Positions 15,250 to 24,843 of a stretch of DNA of 64,000 bases are shown here, one piece after another. Below the pieces are notes generated by a model. It made no database searches, had not been told where the DNA came from, and was given only the letters and a program-made list of their open reading frames with translations. Made by a program: the position numbers and the translations under genes. Origin of the DNA: a virus; IMG/VR virus record IMGVR_UViG_3300027798_000020, positions 1 to 64,000 of that record, one strand, 5' to 3'. How positions within the stretch are numbered: position 1 is the stretch's first letter; each line of letters opens with the position of its first letter.

Positions 15250-16277
15250 AAAAATATCAATGGCACGAATGGGACGTAAACACATTTAAGGCACTAAGCA
15301 CATTAAATACTGACCCTACTAAAGAACTAATCCATAATAGAATGGGTAGACTATATTGGGTTACTAAAGGCGATGCACTCTATGTGCAACGTTTTGCAAG
15401 AGAGAACGGTCCTTATCAAGGACGCAATCTTAAGTTTCTACGTAAGATGAAACCTAATGCACAGACTATTATTGATGTTGGCATGAACGTTGCTAATAAC
15501 ACAATGGAATATGCAACCTGGGCAACGACTGTACACGGTTTTGAACCGTTTCCAGATACTTACAAATTAGCTACAGAAAACATTTTACTCAATCAGCATG
15601 TTGAACTAAAAGGTCGTTACTGGGATACCCGTAATGTTAAAACAGTGCATGACCCAAATCATGCAGACGGTTGGTGGAAAAAGCCAGACGGAACATTTGC
15701 TAGTTTAGAAATTAGTGGTAACATTGTTACTCACAATGAAGGACTTGGTGAAACTGCTGGGCAGATGGAAATGGAACATCACCCTAACAATGCCGGGCAC
15801 AACTGTATTCTTACTGAAGAACGAAAAGCCAAGACCAAATACAGTGTTCATGCGGTTCAGGTCAATACACTAGACAGTCATAAATTTGAAGATGTAGACA
15901 TTATCAAAATTGACTGCGAAGGATACGAGTTCCCTATTCTAAAAGGTGCTGAACAAACAATCCGATCTTGTAGACCAATTGTGCAATTAGAAATTGTACC
16001 TGCACAGTGTTCTAAGTTTGGCTACACACCCGACGACATTTGGGATTTCTTTATTAACAAGATTGGCAATTATGCCGTTTATGATTTTAAAGGCAAACGC
16101 TTGCCAGATCAATGGCAGCAAATTAAAGGTGTTATGGACAGATTCTTTGTGCCGCTTGAGTTAGTAGTTAACGAAGACACAACAGATATAATGCACCCTG
16201 GAATGGGCGAAGCAGGATTTGGTAGGAAAAAAGAAAAACAAGTAGTTCAGTTAAATCCAGAAATATTTGAAGAATGA
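15246..16277 (+). CDS. FkbM-family SAM-dependent methyltransferase
   Basis: IIDVGMN, HGFEP, IKIDCEGYE..ILKGA. Confidence 0.85.
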   Translation: MKKYQWHEWDVNTFKALSTLNTDPTKELIHNRMGRLYWVTKGDALYVQRFARENGPYQGRNLKFLRKMKPNAQTIIDVGMNVANNTMEYATWATTVHGFEPFPDTYKLATENILLNQHVELKGRYWDTRNVKTVHDPNHADGWWKKPDGTFASLEISGNIVTHNEGLGETAGQMEMEHHPNNAGHNCILTEERKAKTKYSVHAVQVNTLDSHKFEDVDIIKIDCEGYEFPILKGAEQTIRSCRPIVQLEIVPAQCSKFGYTPDDIWDFFINKIGNYAVYDFKGKRLPDQWQQIKGVMDRFFVPLELVVNEDTTDIMHPGMGEAGFGRKKEKQVVQLNPEIFEE

Positions 16278-16301
16278 AAAGGCCCTCCGGGGCCTTTTTT
16301 T
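16278..16301 (+). terminator. Intrinsic terminator
   Basis: ggccc-tccg-gggcc + T7. Confidence 0.85.
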
Positions 16302-16322
16302 GTTTCTGCAAATAAACATACC

Positions 16323-16330
16323 TATAAATA
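16323..16330 (+). promoter_or_regulatory. T4-type late promoter
   Basis: TATAAATA, 4 nt before ATG 16335. Confidence 0.7.
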
Positions 16331-16334
16331 CTGT

Positions 16335-17102
16335 ATGATTAAACCGTGGCTTAAACCTCAAGAAGGATTAATTTCTGCTTTCTATACATTGCATTTTAAA
16401 AAAATGAATGGCAATACAATATATCTACCAGGTGTAGATAGATTCTTATTAGCAGACAATTTTGATCCTTGGATAACCCTCGAAGTAGCTGAAATACTTA
16501 GTTCTAAAGTACCTACTCAAGTTGTATTGTTAGGAGAAGGTATTCCTGGACTTAACAATCTTACTGCCCTAGAACAAACTATTAGAGATAAAACAACAAT
16601 GGTTATTCACGGGGCAAATGTATTAGTAGCGAGACAAACCCCTTCTGTTAGAAAAATTAATGGGGCTGACAGTATTATAACAGTTGGCTGGCCAGAAGAC
16701 TATGCTTCTTCAGAGGCCAAAGCTATGCTATTAAAACTTCGAGAATTTGGATTCTTTTGTCTACGAGTGTGTCATGCTTTGAAGATTGCAGAATCTCTAC
16801 ACAATCTTGTACCCCATAAAAAATATATGGAAGAGTATTTTTCAGATATGGTACCTGATAATTTTACAGTACCAATTGATCAAACTGAATTCCCTAAAGG
16901 AATGTCAAATACTATCAAACACATTTTATATATGGCAACCGACGTTGAAGATGCCATGGCGGAGATTGAAAATGCATGGGCGTTGCATTCTGCAGCCAGC
17001 CCGCATATAAGAGAAACTTTTTATAAATTTGTTGGGATGCCGATGCCGAGTGCGTTATCTAATTTAGCATATACACACAACTACACTGTACGAGCTGTTT
17101 AA
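16335..17102 (+). CDS. Hypothetical protein, coupled to the downstream PP-loop gene
   Basis: 255-aa ORF, TAATG overlap. Confidence 0.75.
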   Translation: MIKPWLKPQEGLISAFYTLHFKKMNGNTIYLPGVDRFLLADNFDPWITLEVAEILSSKVPTQVVLLGEGIPGLNNLTALEQTIRDKTTMVIHGANVLVARQTPSVRKINGADSIITVGWPEDYASSEAKAMLLKLREFGFFCLRVCHALKIAESLHNLVPHKKYMEEYFSDMVPDNFTVPIDQTEFPKGMSNTIKHILYMATDVEDAMAEIENAWALHSAASPHIRETFYKFVGMPMPSALSNLAYTHNYTVRAV

Positions 17103-18352
17103 TGAATAGAGACACTGAGATATATTTTAGTAGCATTATTTTTAATGGATACCAAGACGGATTTTGGAATGGATTATACCCTGAACTGACCGAAGGTGGC
17201 AAGTTTATGATAGACCTAGGAAGGAGAATTAATCCCAACAGGTTTGTTACTAGAAACGGAGAATGGAGCCTACCCTGGAATCAAACACTGCCCCCTGAAT
17301 TCAAAATGCCTGAACTTGATCTAGGATTTAATAAAACATTTGAGCAAGTTACTGACGAACGTGCTCAAGAAATTAAACATAGAATAAACAAAAACGATCA
17401 ACATTTTGCAGTTATGTATTCGGGTGGTATAGACAGTACCGTAGTACTATCGGCATTAATAAAAAATTTATCAATTAAAGAGTTAGAGAATGTTGTAGTA
17501 TGTGCTAGTAGTCACGCTATTGTAGAAAACCCGCAATTTTGGAAAAAGTTTATCTATGGAAAATTTAAAATCATTGATAGTGCAAAAACCAAGTATGACG
17601 ATTTAATTGAGAAAGGTTATTTTGCAATTACCGCAGATGAGGGCGATTGTATCTTTGGCACTGCGTTAGGATTAACCTTATACACTAATTACGATCACTA
17701 TTTGACCAAAGTGTCTAGCAATATGCGTCCAAGATTAGAATCGTTAAAAGGAAAGTTTACTGATCCCGATGTACACTATTCGGCATACAAAGATGTTATC
17801 CTTGAACATTTTAAAATTGCATCAAATCCTGCATTTGCTGAAAGTTTTTACAATAAGTTTGAAAAAAATATTCAAACCTCCTCAATAAAAATAAACAGCT
17901 TACACGATTATTTTTGGTGGATGATATTTAACATCAAATATTTAAATTGCTCAGTGAGGGGTGCAATCTATTACAATGATAGAGTCAGCACAGAATATGT
18001 TGTTAAACTAGGAATTATTAACTGGTTTAACGGACAAGATTATCAGCGATGGAGCATGGTCAACAATAACAACGGACAAAAGATCATTAAAGGTCCAGCA
18101 ACTTATAAGATGGCAGCTCGACAATATATCTATGATTTAGATAAAAACGATTGGTATTTTTACTTTAAAATTAAGCTAGAAAGCCTCGGCCTTAGTATTA
18201 TACATGATCAAGATGTATCTAACACACCATTAAATATGCGTCCAAACGCTAGATTTGGCATGGATACTGACTATAATTTGCTGTATATAGACGATCCTAC
18301 AGTACAAGATTACATCAAACATCACCTAATAAACTACCAAAAAGACTGGTAA
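17102..18352 (+). CDS. PP-loop adenylating protein, paralog of 6814-7878
   Basis: MYSGGIDST, ADEGDCIFG, D..WW..FN.K. Confidence 0.75.
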   Translation: MNRDTEIYFSSIIFNGYQDGFWNGLYPELTEGGKFMIDLGRRINPNRFVTRNGEWSLPWNQTLPPEFKMPELDLGFNKTFEQVTDERAQEIKHRINKNDQHFAVMYSGGIDSTVVLSALIKNLSIKELENVVVCASSHAIVENPQFWKKFIYGKFKIIDSAKTKYDDLIEKGYFAITADEGDCIFGTALGLTLYTNYDHYLTKVSSNMRPRLESLKGKFTDPDVHYSAYKDVILEHFKIASNPAFAESFYNKFEKNIQTSSIKINSLHDYFWWMIFNIKYLNCSVRGAIYYNDRVSTEYVVKLGIINWFNGQDYQRWSMVNNNNGQKIIKGPATYKMAARQYIYDLDKNDWYFYFKIKLESLGLSIIHDQDVSNTPLNMRPNARFGMDTDYNLLYIDDPTVQDYIKHHLINYQKDW

Positions 18353-18406
18353 ACTAGGTTTGATAAATAAATATGTAAACAAATCCTTTTAACGGAGTAG
18401 GAAATT

Positions 18407-19339
18407 ATGAAAACAATTCGCTGGGTGATCGCACACGAACCAATCGATCTTTTTTTAAGAGCAGCCAATCGCTTCTCTAAGCAAGTCAAAGAGCAAACAA
18501 ACGGCGCTATTGACATCGAAGTATTGTCACTAACTGACTATGCTAAGAAATACAACAACGGCAAAAAAGTCACTAAGCACGATCTGTTACAGTTAATGGA
18601 AGACGGCACAGTTGAAATGAGCCAAATGTACACAACATGGTTAGGCCACTATAACAAAGATATGTTTGTTTTAGATCTTCCATTCCTATTCCGTGATCAC
18701 GAACATGCAGATCGTGTATTAGAAGGCGAAATTGGTGAGTACTTGTTAGAAGGTCTAGAGCAAAGTTCAGCAGTTCGCGGCCTAGCTTTTACATACAGCG
18801 GCGGATTTAGAATTGTTCCTTCTCAACAAGAGTATGCAACAGTTGATGCATTTAAAGGTGCAAAGATTCGTACAGCTAGAAGTCCAGTCGCTGTTGATAC
18901 ATTCTTAGCAGTTGGCGCTACTCCAATTGACACTGTTGAATTAGAAGAAATGAATGAGGCGGCTCGCGCTGGTATCATTGACGCTGGTGAAAGCACATTT
19001 GTTCGTGTTATTCCGTTAGAGCAAGACAAGTCATTTGCCTATGTAAACGATACAGCACACAGCCTGTTCCTAACTTCTATCATTGTTGCCAACGGTTTCT
19101 GGGATACATTGGATTCTGCAACACAGGAAATTATGAAAGATGCCGCATTAAATGCCGCACGTATTGAGCGTCGCGAAAGCATTGTTGATGTAGCAACCGT
19201 TAAAGATACATTAGGTGATCGAGTTGTAGAAATGAGTACAGACGAAACTGCTAAATTTAAAACAGCTACTGAAGTAGTTTATACTAAGTATGCTGACTAT
19301 TTTAGCAACGACTTGATTAACAAAATTAAATCAGCGTAA
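18407..19339 (+). CDS. dctP: TRAP transporter solute-binding protein (DctP family), no signal peptide
   Basis: LDLPFLFRD..HA.RVL.GE.G, GFR, FKG.KIR, GATP. Confidence 0.85.
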   Translation: MKTIRWVIAHEPIDLFLRAANRFSKQVKEQTNGAIDIEVLSLTDYAKKYNNGKKVTKHDLLQLMEDGTVEMSQMYTTWLGHYNKDMFVLDLPFLFRDHEHADRVLEGEIGEYLLEGLEQSSAVRGLAFTYSGGFRIVPSQQEYATVDAFKGAKIRTARSPVAVDTFLAVGATPIDTVELEEMNEAARAGIIDAGESTFVRVIPLEQDKSFAYVNDTAHSLFLTSIIVANGFWDTLDSATQEIMKDAALNAARIERRESIVDVATVKDTLGDRVVEMSTDETAKFKTATEVVYTKYADYFSNDLINKIKSA

Positions 19340-19351
19340 GGAAAATTTAAC

Positions 19352-19654
19352 ATGTTCAAAGTAATCAGTAAGTGGCAACGTCCATCAGCAGACGTACCGT
19401 TTTTTCGAAGGGATGACAATTCAACTGCTCTTGCCACTGAGGCTAAGATTGCCGGCAAACTGATCAGTGAAGAAACATTTGTAACCCCAGACAAATTAAC
19501 ATTAGCGTATGTTGCATGTTGGGATTCTATTCAATCATATAGTGACTTTAATGCTAATCCCGGATTAGTTACATATATTGATGCAAGAGAAGCACACAAC
19601 ACAGCTAATAATATTATACTGATGTTTAAGAAAACAGAAACAATCTCAGCTTAA
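19352..19654 (+). CDS. Hypothetical protein
   Basis: AAGGA RBS, 100 aa. Confidence 0.7.
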   Translation: MFKVISKWQRPSADVPFFRRDDNSTALATEAKIAGKLISEETFVTPDKLTLAYVACWDSIQSYSDFNANPGLVTYIDAREAHNTANNIILMFKKTETISA

Positions 19655-20137
19655 TTTTTTATAAGTTCTATAAAATTCAGGTTGTAATCCAACCTTAGCG
19701 GCAGATCGTAGTCTAGGAGTATTATCAATATGCACAAAACTTGCAATTGATAATGCTCCTAATCTTTTGACATCATTTTCAAAAAATGTATGACATATTC
19801 CGTTGATGCCCTTGCCCCTATGTTCAGGTGCGGTAAAACTTAAAAATATCCAACCATGCCGTTGTGCCTCGTTGTACATATATACAATGCCGCCGGCTAT
19901 AGATCCGTCAGTGTATTTTGCGTATATAATTTTTTGAGAATTATTAAGTGGCATATCAGGATGTGCCCAACCTTTCTTAACTAGCTCTAGATAAACTTCT
20001 AGCACTAATGGAAAACATTCATTACCACCTAACTGTGCAGACCAATGTACTTCGATAGGAGTTCCTGCAGAGTCAGTAGATTCTGCAAGTAATTTGTCAA
20101 GTATTATCTGTCGAGGAGGTTCATGTTTAAGTATCAT
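19646..20137 (-). CDS. GNAT-family acetyltransferase
   Basis: PEHRGKGI motif A, N......K.G. Confidence 0.75.
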   Translation of the reverse strand: MILKHEPPRQIILDKLLAESTDSAGTPIEVHWSAQLGGNECFPLVLEVYLELVKKGWAHPDMPLNNSQKIIYAKYTDGSIAGGIVYMYNEAQRHGWIFLSFTAPEHRGKGINGICHTFFENDVKRLGALSIASFVHIDNTPRLRSAAKVGLQPEFYRTYKKLS

Positions 20138-20152
20138 CTAGTATTTACATTG

Positions 20153-20779
20153 TTAGCTGACTGGAATAATAAATTCTGAATACAAAGACATACTGCGATC
20201 GGCAATTTCTTTTAATTTATTAAAATTTGGAACGCCGTAGTACATAAAAAGTACTTTACTTTTATTTGGCAATTTGTCACTGCCGTGTAACATAGTGCTG
20301 TCATTATAAATCCAAGTGTTAGTAGTTGGTGGTAAATGCTGATATACTTTATTTCCGTTAGAGTCAACGTAGAAAAACGTAGGTATATCGTTTTGTTCAT
20401 ACAAAATTGTTCTTAATGAGACAACTGGGACACTAAAATCTGTGTGGGGAATGAATGGTTTGATACTAGTTGCTACCCTAATACAATTAATGTCCATAGG
20501 GATATTCTCAAAAATAGTTTTAAACATCCGAGGAAATACTGATGAACAATCATAATAGTTGGCGTTGTAAATATCCTTGGAAATATTGTAATTTGGCCCA
20601 CGATATATGTCCAGCCCAATCCATGCGCCAGAAAATCCATTATGATTAATTACTGTTTTATCAATAACTGATCGATGCGTACTGTATATGGACCGCCACA
20701 GTTCAACATCATCAACTGCTATTCGAGGAATGTCCAACGGAAATGAATGCACTCCGTTGGGGAAATAAAAATTATTCAT
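20153..20779 (-). CDS. Hypothetical protein, possibly cupin/2OG-Fe(II) oxygenase-like
   Basis: PHTD...LHGS (HxD...H) spacing. Confidence 0.5.
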   Translation of the reverse strand: MNNFYFPNGVHSFPLDIPRIAVDDVELWRSIYSTHRSVIDKTVINHNGFSGAWIGLDIYRGPNYNISKDIYNANYYDCSSVFPRMFKTIFENIPMDINCIRVATSIKPFIPHTDFSVPVVSLRTILYEQNDIPTFFYVDSNGNKVYQHLPPTTNTWIYNDSTMLHGSDKLPNKSKVLFMYYGVPNFNKLKEIADRSMSLYSEFIIPVS

Positions 20780-20806
20780 GCCAATATTTATGTGTATAAA
20801 TATTCC

Positions 20807-21562
20807 ATGATCCTTTCAGCTAGCGCCAACACTATTACCAAAGTTCAAATTATAACAAGTATTCTTGCACTAGCAGGTATACTGTTAGTTGATTTCAACG
20901 CAATTAATGTTAGTATTCTAATAATCAGTTTTTATTTGTACAGTATCATAGGTGTAAGTTTAACCCTGCATCGATACTACAGCCACAAAGCGTTTGAATT
21001 TAAATCATTCATAGTCAAATGGATATGCACTACTATAGCTATTCTAGCAGGACGTGGGAGTCCGTTAGGTTGGGTATATGTACATAGGTTACATCATGCG
21101 TATTCGGATCAAGACAAGGATCCCCATAGCCCGCATAATCTAGGATTCAAATTGTTTGGGTTCAAGCATATTGAAGACCACAGCGGTAAAATGAAAGTGT
21201 TTTTAGTCAAGGATCTGATGACCAAGGAACACGTTTTTATAAACAAATGGTACTTTGGTCTGATCACTGCTTGGTTAGTATTTTTGTCTCTAATCAATAT
21301 TGAGCTTGTATATTTTGCATGGATCTTACCTGTAATGTTAGTACAGTTAAGTCAAAATTGTTTTAATTATTTTGCTCATATGCATGGGTATAGAAACTTT
21401 GAAAATAGAGATACTAGCACAAATAATCTGTGGCTATGGCCATTTATTTGGGGTGACGCATGGCACAATAATCATCACTCTAACGCATCGGCAATTTCAA
21501 CAAAAGTAAAGCCCTGGGAACTTGATCCTATTGCTTACATAACAACCTTTATTAAAAAATGA
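20807..21562 (+). CDS. Membrane acyl-CoA (delta-9-like) fatty acid desaturase
   Basis: His boxes HRYYSH, HRLHH, HNNHH; DPHSP. Confidence 0.92.
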   Translation: MILSASANTITKVQIITSILALAGILLVDFNAINVSILIISFYLYSIIGVSLTLHRYYSHKAFEFKSFIVKWICTTIAILAGRGSPLGWVYVHRLHHAYSDQDKDPHSPHNLGFKLFGFKHIEDHSGKMKVFLVKDLMTKEHVFINKWYFGLITAWLVFLSLINIELVYFAWILPVMLVQLSQNCFNYFAHMHGYRNFENRDTSTNNLWLWPFIWGDAWHNNHHSNASAISTKVKPWELDPIAYITTFIKK

Positions 21563-22725
21563 ATATTAATCCAAAATTGGGATTTTATACTTGTAACGGT
21601 CAGACTTTTGATTCAAAGATACAAGCATATCTATATGCGGCAACCGTTAAACAACAAGTACAATGGAACTTTAACAACGAAGAATTTAGTAAACATGATT
21701 GGACCGTTGAGCCAGAACAAACGTTGGATCAATTGTACGATGCAAGAGCTAGACAGATTAGAGAAAAATATGACTACGTAATTTTAAGTTACAGTGGTGG
21801 TGCAGACAGTCATAATATTTTAATGAGTTTTATTCGTCAGGGATTATTAATTGACGAAATCGTTGTCAACACTATGGAGAAGGCCAACTCTAAATTTACT
21901 ATTGTCAACGAAACTGTACTGAATCCTGAACATGCTGCCGCTGAACATAAACTAAACACTATCCCTAGATTAAAAGAGGTAGAGCATCTTATTCCTAGGA
22001 CAAAGATTAATGTTTTAGATTTAAGTGATAATTTATTTCAAAGTTTAGAAACAGCTGGAGATGCTAGTTGGGTGCTTAATAAACGAGAAGGCTTAAATCC
22101 ATTAGGATCAACTAGATTTAATTACATACATTTCACAGAAGTTAGAAAAAGATTTGATAAAGAAAAAACAATAGGTCTAGTACTAGGTATTGAAAAACCA
22201 AGAACTATGATCGTTAACAATAAGTTCTACACACGGTTTAGTGACAGGTCTGCTAACATTGTTACAGTTGCAGAACATATTAAAGAATATACAAATTCAT
22301 CAGTCGAGTTCTTCTATTGGAGTCCAGACTGTTTACCACTACTGACAAAACAAGCACATGTTATAAAAAAATGGGTCGAGGCTAACCCTGAAAAAAAAGT
22401 AGTATGGACAAAAGAAGCCGTTGCAAAATTGTATCGAACTGTACATGAACGAATTTTAAGATCGTTGTTGTATACCACATGGGATAACCAGTATTGGCAA
22501 GCCGACAAGGCAACTAAAGATTGGTACAGTGAATTTGACACTTGGTTCATTGAAGGCTACAAAGATACCAAAGCCAATGCAATATGGTGGGAAGGAATTA
22601 ACTATGTTAAAAACAATCTACCAACCTTCATGTTAAATTATATAGATCGTCAAGCCGATGGGTTACTAATTTTAGGACATAGTTATTTCATAGGCGATAT
22701 GAATAACACTGATGTTATTACATAA
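21559..22725 (+). CDS. PP-loop adenine nucleotide alpha-hydrolase-like protein
   Basis: LSYSGGADSHN, GIEKP, FFYWSP. Confidence 0.7.
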   Translation: MNINPKLGFYTCNGQTFDSKIQAYLYAATVKQQVQWNFNNEEFSKHDWTVEPEQTLDQLYDARARQIREKYDYVILSYSGGADSHNILMSFIRQGLLIDEIVVNTMEKANSKFTIVNETVLNPEHAAAEHKLNTIPRLKEVEHLIPRTKINVLDLSDNLFQSLETAGDASWVLNKREGLNPLGSTRFNYIHFTEVRKRFDKEKTIGLVLGIEKPRTMIVNNKFYTRFSDRSANIVTVAEHIKEYTNSSVEFFYWSPDCLPLLTKQAHVIKKWVEANPEKKVVWTKEAVAKLYRTVHERILRSLLYTTWDNQYWQADKATKDWYSEFDTWFIEGYKDTKANAIWWEGINYVKNNLPTFMLNYIDRQADGLLILGHSYFIGDMNNTDVIT

Positions 22726-23152
22726 AATTTTTGTTAGTGCGAAATAGTCTATCCCATATACTAGAGAAAAGACCAAAATTGTATTCGCCATATCTATGAT
22801 GCATTAGATGCCATTTGCCAGATGTAAGCACTGGCAAATTAAAACTTTTGTCGTGTTCTATTCTTTCCTGAATTAGTGCGGCCCATAGATAATAAAACAC
22901 ACTGATCCACCACTGCCCAGTTACTAGTGAAAATATAATTGTAGGAATAACTTCTGTTAGCCATAGATCAATTGTACTTTTTCTAGTGTCGTTGTACAAT
23001 AAAAAATTATTCCAATTCCATTTTACTTCATTTAGGTTAATAACTTTATGATGATCAAAGTGATATTTCTTTAAAAAAGGAATTACGTGTGCAAGCCGAT
23101 GAATCCAGTATAACATAAAAGTCCACAGCAAAAAGTAAAAGATAATAATCAT
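22718..23152 (-). CDS. Sterol desaturase/fatty acid hydroxylase family protein
   Basis: YWIHRLAH, HFDHH, HLMHH, NFG.....WDRLF.T. Confidence 0.85.
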   Translation of the reverse strand: MIIIFYFLLWTFMLYWIHRLAHVIPFLKKYHFDHHKVINLNEVKWNWNNFLLYNDTRKSTIDLWLTEVIPTIIFSLVTGQWWISVFYYLWAALIQERIEHDKSFNLPVLTSGKWHLMHHRYGEYNFGLFSSIWDRLFRTNKNFM

Positions 23153-24027
23153 AAGTCTTTAATTAAATTTTGAACTATATCATTCACAGAAAGAATCTTA
23201 GTTATGTGGTCAACACCGCGGCCCATAAACACATGCCCCACTTCACCGGTCTGTACTCCTTTGGTTAATCCTCGGGTATTGTTAATGCCATCAGATTCTG
23301 ACGGCGTAAAAATTAATGCTAGTTGATTAACCGTATCAAACACTTTTAGATCATTAGAAGTTGCACTGATCATTTTTTCCTTGCCTGCTTGATTAATTGG
23401 ACTTTCTTTACTGGCGGCAAACACACTTCCAATTCCTACTGCTGTTGCACCTTTATCAATCCATTGTTTAACCTGTTGGCTAGTTGATATTCCGCCCGAC
23501 GGGATAATTGCAACAGATGGTGCTATATTTTTTAAGTTAGCAAAGTAAGTATCTAACGAGTTACTGTCGCCGGGTGCGGATCTGCCAGCACCGTCCGGGC
23601 CCTTAATTATAAATCCATCAAACGGGTAACATTTATCATGCACATACAATGCTTTAAACATCACGTATCCTGCATGTTTATTAAATTGTGCTTTATGTTC
23701 TAATATTGATTTAATAGTTTCGTGATTAACATTGTCTAATAATTCAACATGACTTATTTTTAAATCGCATAGTAGTGTTAGTACTTTAGGGTTAGTAAAA
23801 TCCTTAGCACCCATGCTTGCAATGACATCAGATGTACCGGTAATAGATATATACCGTTCTAATGTTTTTTTAAAATCTTCAACTTGCAGTACGCCTACTT
23901 TATAATTGTTAAACGCAGAAATAGTAGGAAATATTCCAGCCCTGTGGCATGCAACTGCCAGCTCTACAGTTGAAACTTGATTCATACCTACAGCAACAAT
24001 TGGATATTTTGACTTAAAAAACGACAT
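23149..24027 (-). CDS. Nitronate monooxygenase-like FMN TIM-barrel oxidoreductase
   Basis: YPIV..GM..VS..ELA.A, G.DGAG, IPSGGI, GATAVGIGS.F..SKES; start MSFF at 24027. Confidence 0.8.
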   Translation of the reverse strand: MSFFKSKYPIVAVGMNQVSTVELAVACHRAGIFPTISAFNNYKVGVLQVEDFKKTLERYISITGTSDVIASMGAKDFTNPKVLTLLCDLKISHVELLDNVNHETIKSILEHKAQFNKHAGYVMFKALYVHDKCYPFDGFIIKGPDGAGRSAPGDSNSLDTYFANLKNIAPSVAIIPSGGISTSQQVKQWIDKGATAVGIGSVFAASKESPINQAGKEKMISATSNDLKVFDTVNQLALIFTPSESDGINNTRGLTKGVQTGEVGHVFMGRGVDHITKILSVNDIVQNLIKDL

Positions 24028-24070
24028 GCAATATTTATTTTTGATGATATACCACCGGATAAATAGTGGT

Positions 24071-24841
24071 ATGAAAACTATATTCTCCAGTAGCACCAGA
24101 GGTGCCCAACTTTTTCTTATATTTTGTGCGGTTAGCTCTATGTTAGCAATACACCATACTGGATTTAATCTCACCGCAATATTGTTAATTGTGCTAGGCT
24201 ATTTTATTTACGGATGTTTGGGAATTGTAGTAACCTTTCATAGACAACTTACACATCAAAGCTACCAAACTAACTCAGTGCTTACTAAAATTTTTAGTGT
24301 GTTCGGATGTTTGGCAGGCACCGGTAGCGCACTTGCATGGGTAGCTATACATATCAATCATCATCTCAAGAGCGATAAACCTGGAGATCCACATAGCCCA
24401 TTATATAAAGGTTTTAAAATCTTTTCTTTAGACTACGAGACTGATATAAATGTTGATACAAAGTGGCGTATGCGACATCTCATTGTTGATCGCTATCAAC
24501 AATTTTTGCATCGTTATTATTTTATAATATTGATTTGTTGGAGTGGTCTGCTATATGCAATTGGCGGCATATTCTTAGTAGTGTATTTGCACTGGATACC
24601 GGTAGTTATTACTGCCCTTATGAGTAATGTTGTTAATTATGTAGGTCATAGTCCGAGCATGTGGGGAGGCTTTAGGACATATAATTTAAAAGATCAAAGT
24701 TCTAACAATTGGTTATGGGCTATTCCTAGCTGGGGAGAAAGTTGGCATAACAACCATCACAGATATCCTAAGAGTTATACCACTGCGGTTGGAAATCAAA
24801 TAGATATTGCCGGCAGTGTTATTCAACTTATAAAAAAATAA
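24071..24841 (+). CDS. Second membrane fatty acid desaturase
   Basis: HRQLTH, HINHH, DPHSP, GESWHNNHH. Confidence 0.92.
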   Translation: MKTIFSSSTRGAQLFLIFCAVSSMLAIHHTGFNLTAILLIVLGYFIYGCLGIVVTFHRQLTHQSYQTNSVLTKIFSVFGCLAGTGSALAWVAIHINHHLKSDKPGDPHSPLYKGFKIFSLDYETDINVDTKWRMRHLIVDRYQQFLHRYYFIILICWSGLLYAIGGIFLVVYLHWIPVVITALMSNVVNYVGHSPSMWGGFRTYNLKDQSSNNWLWAIPSWGESWHNNHHRYPKSYTTAVGNQIDIAGSVIQLIKK

Positions 24842-24843
24842 TT

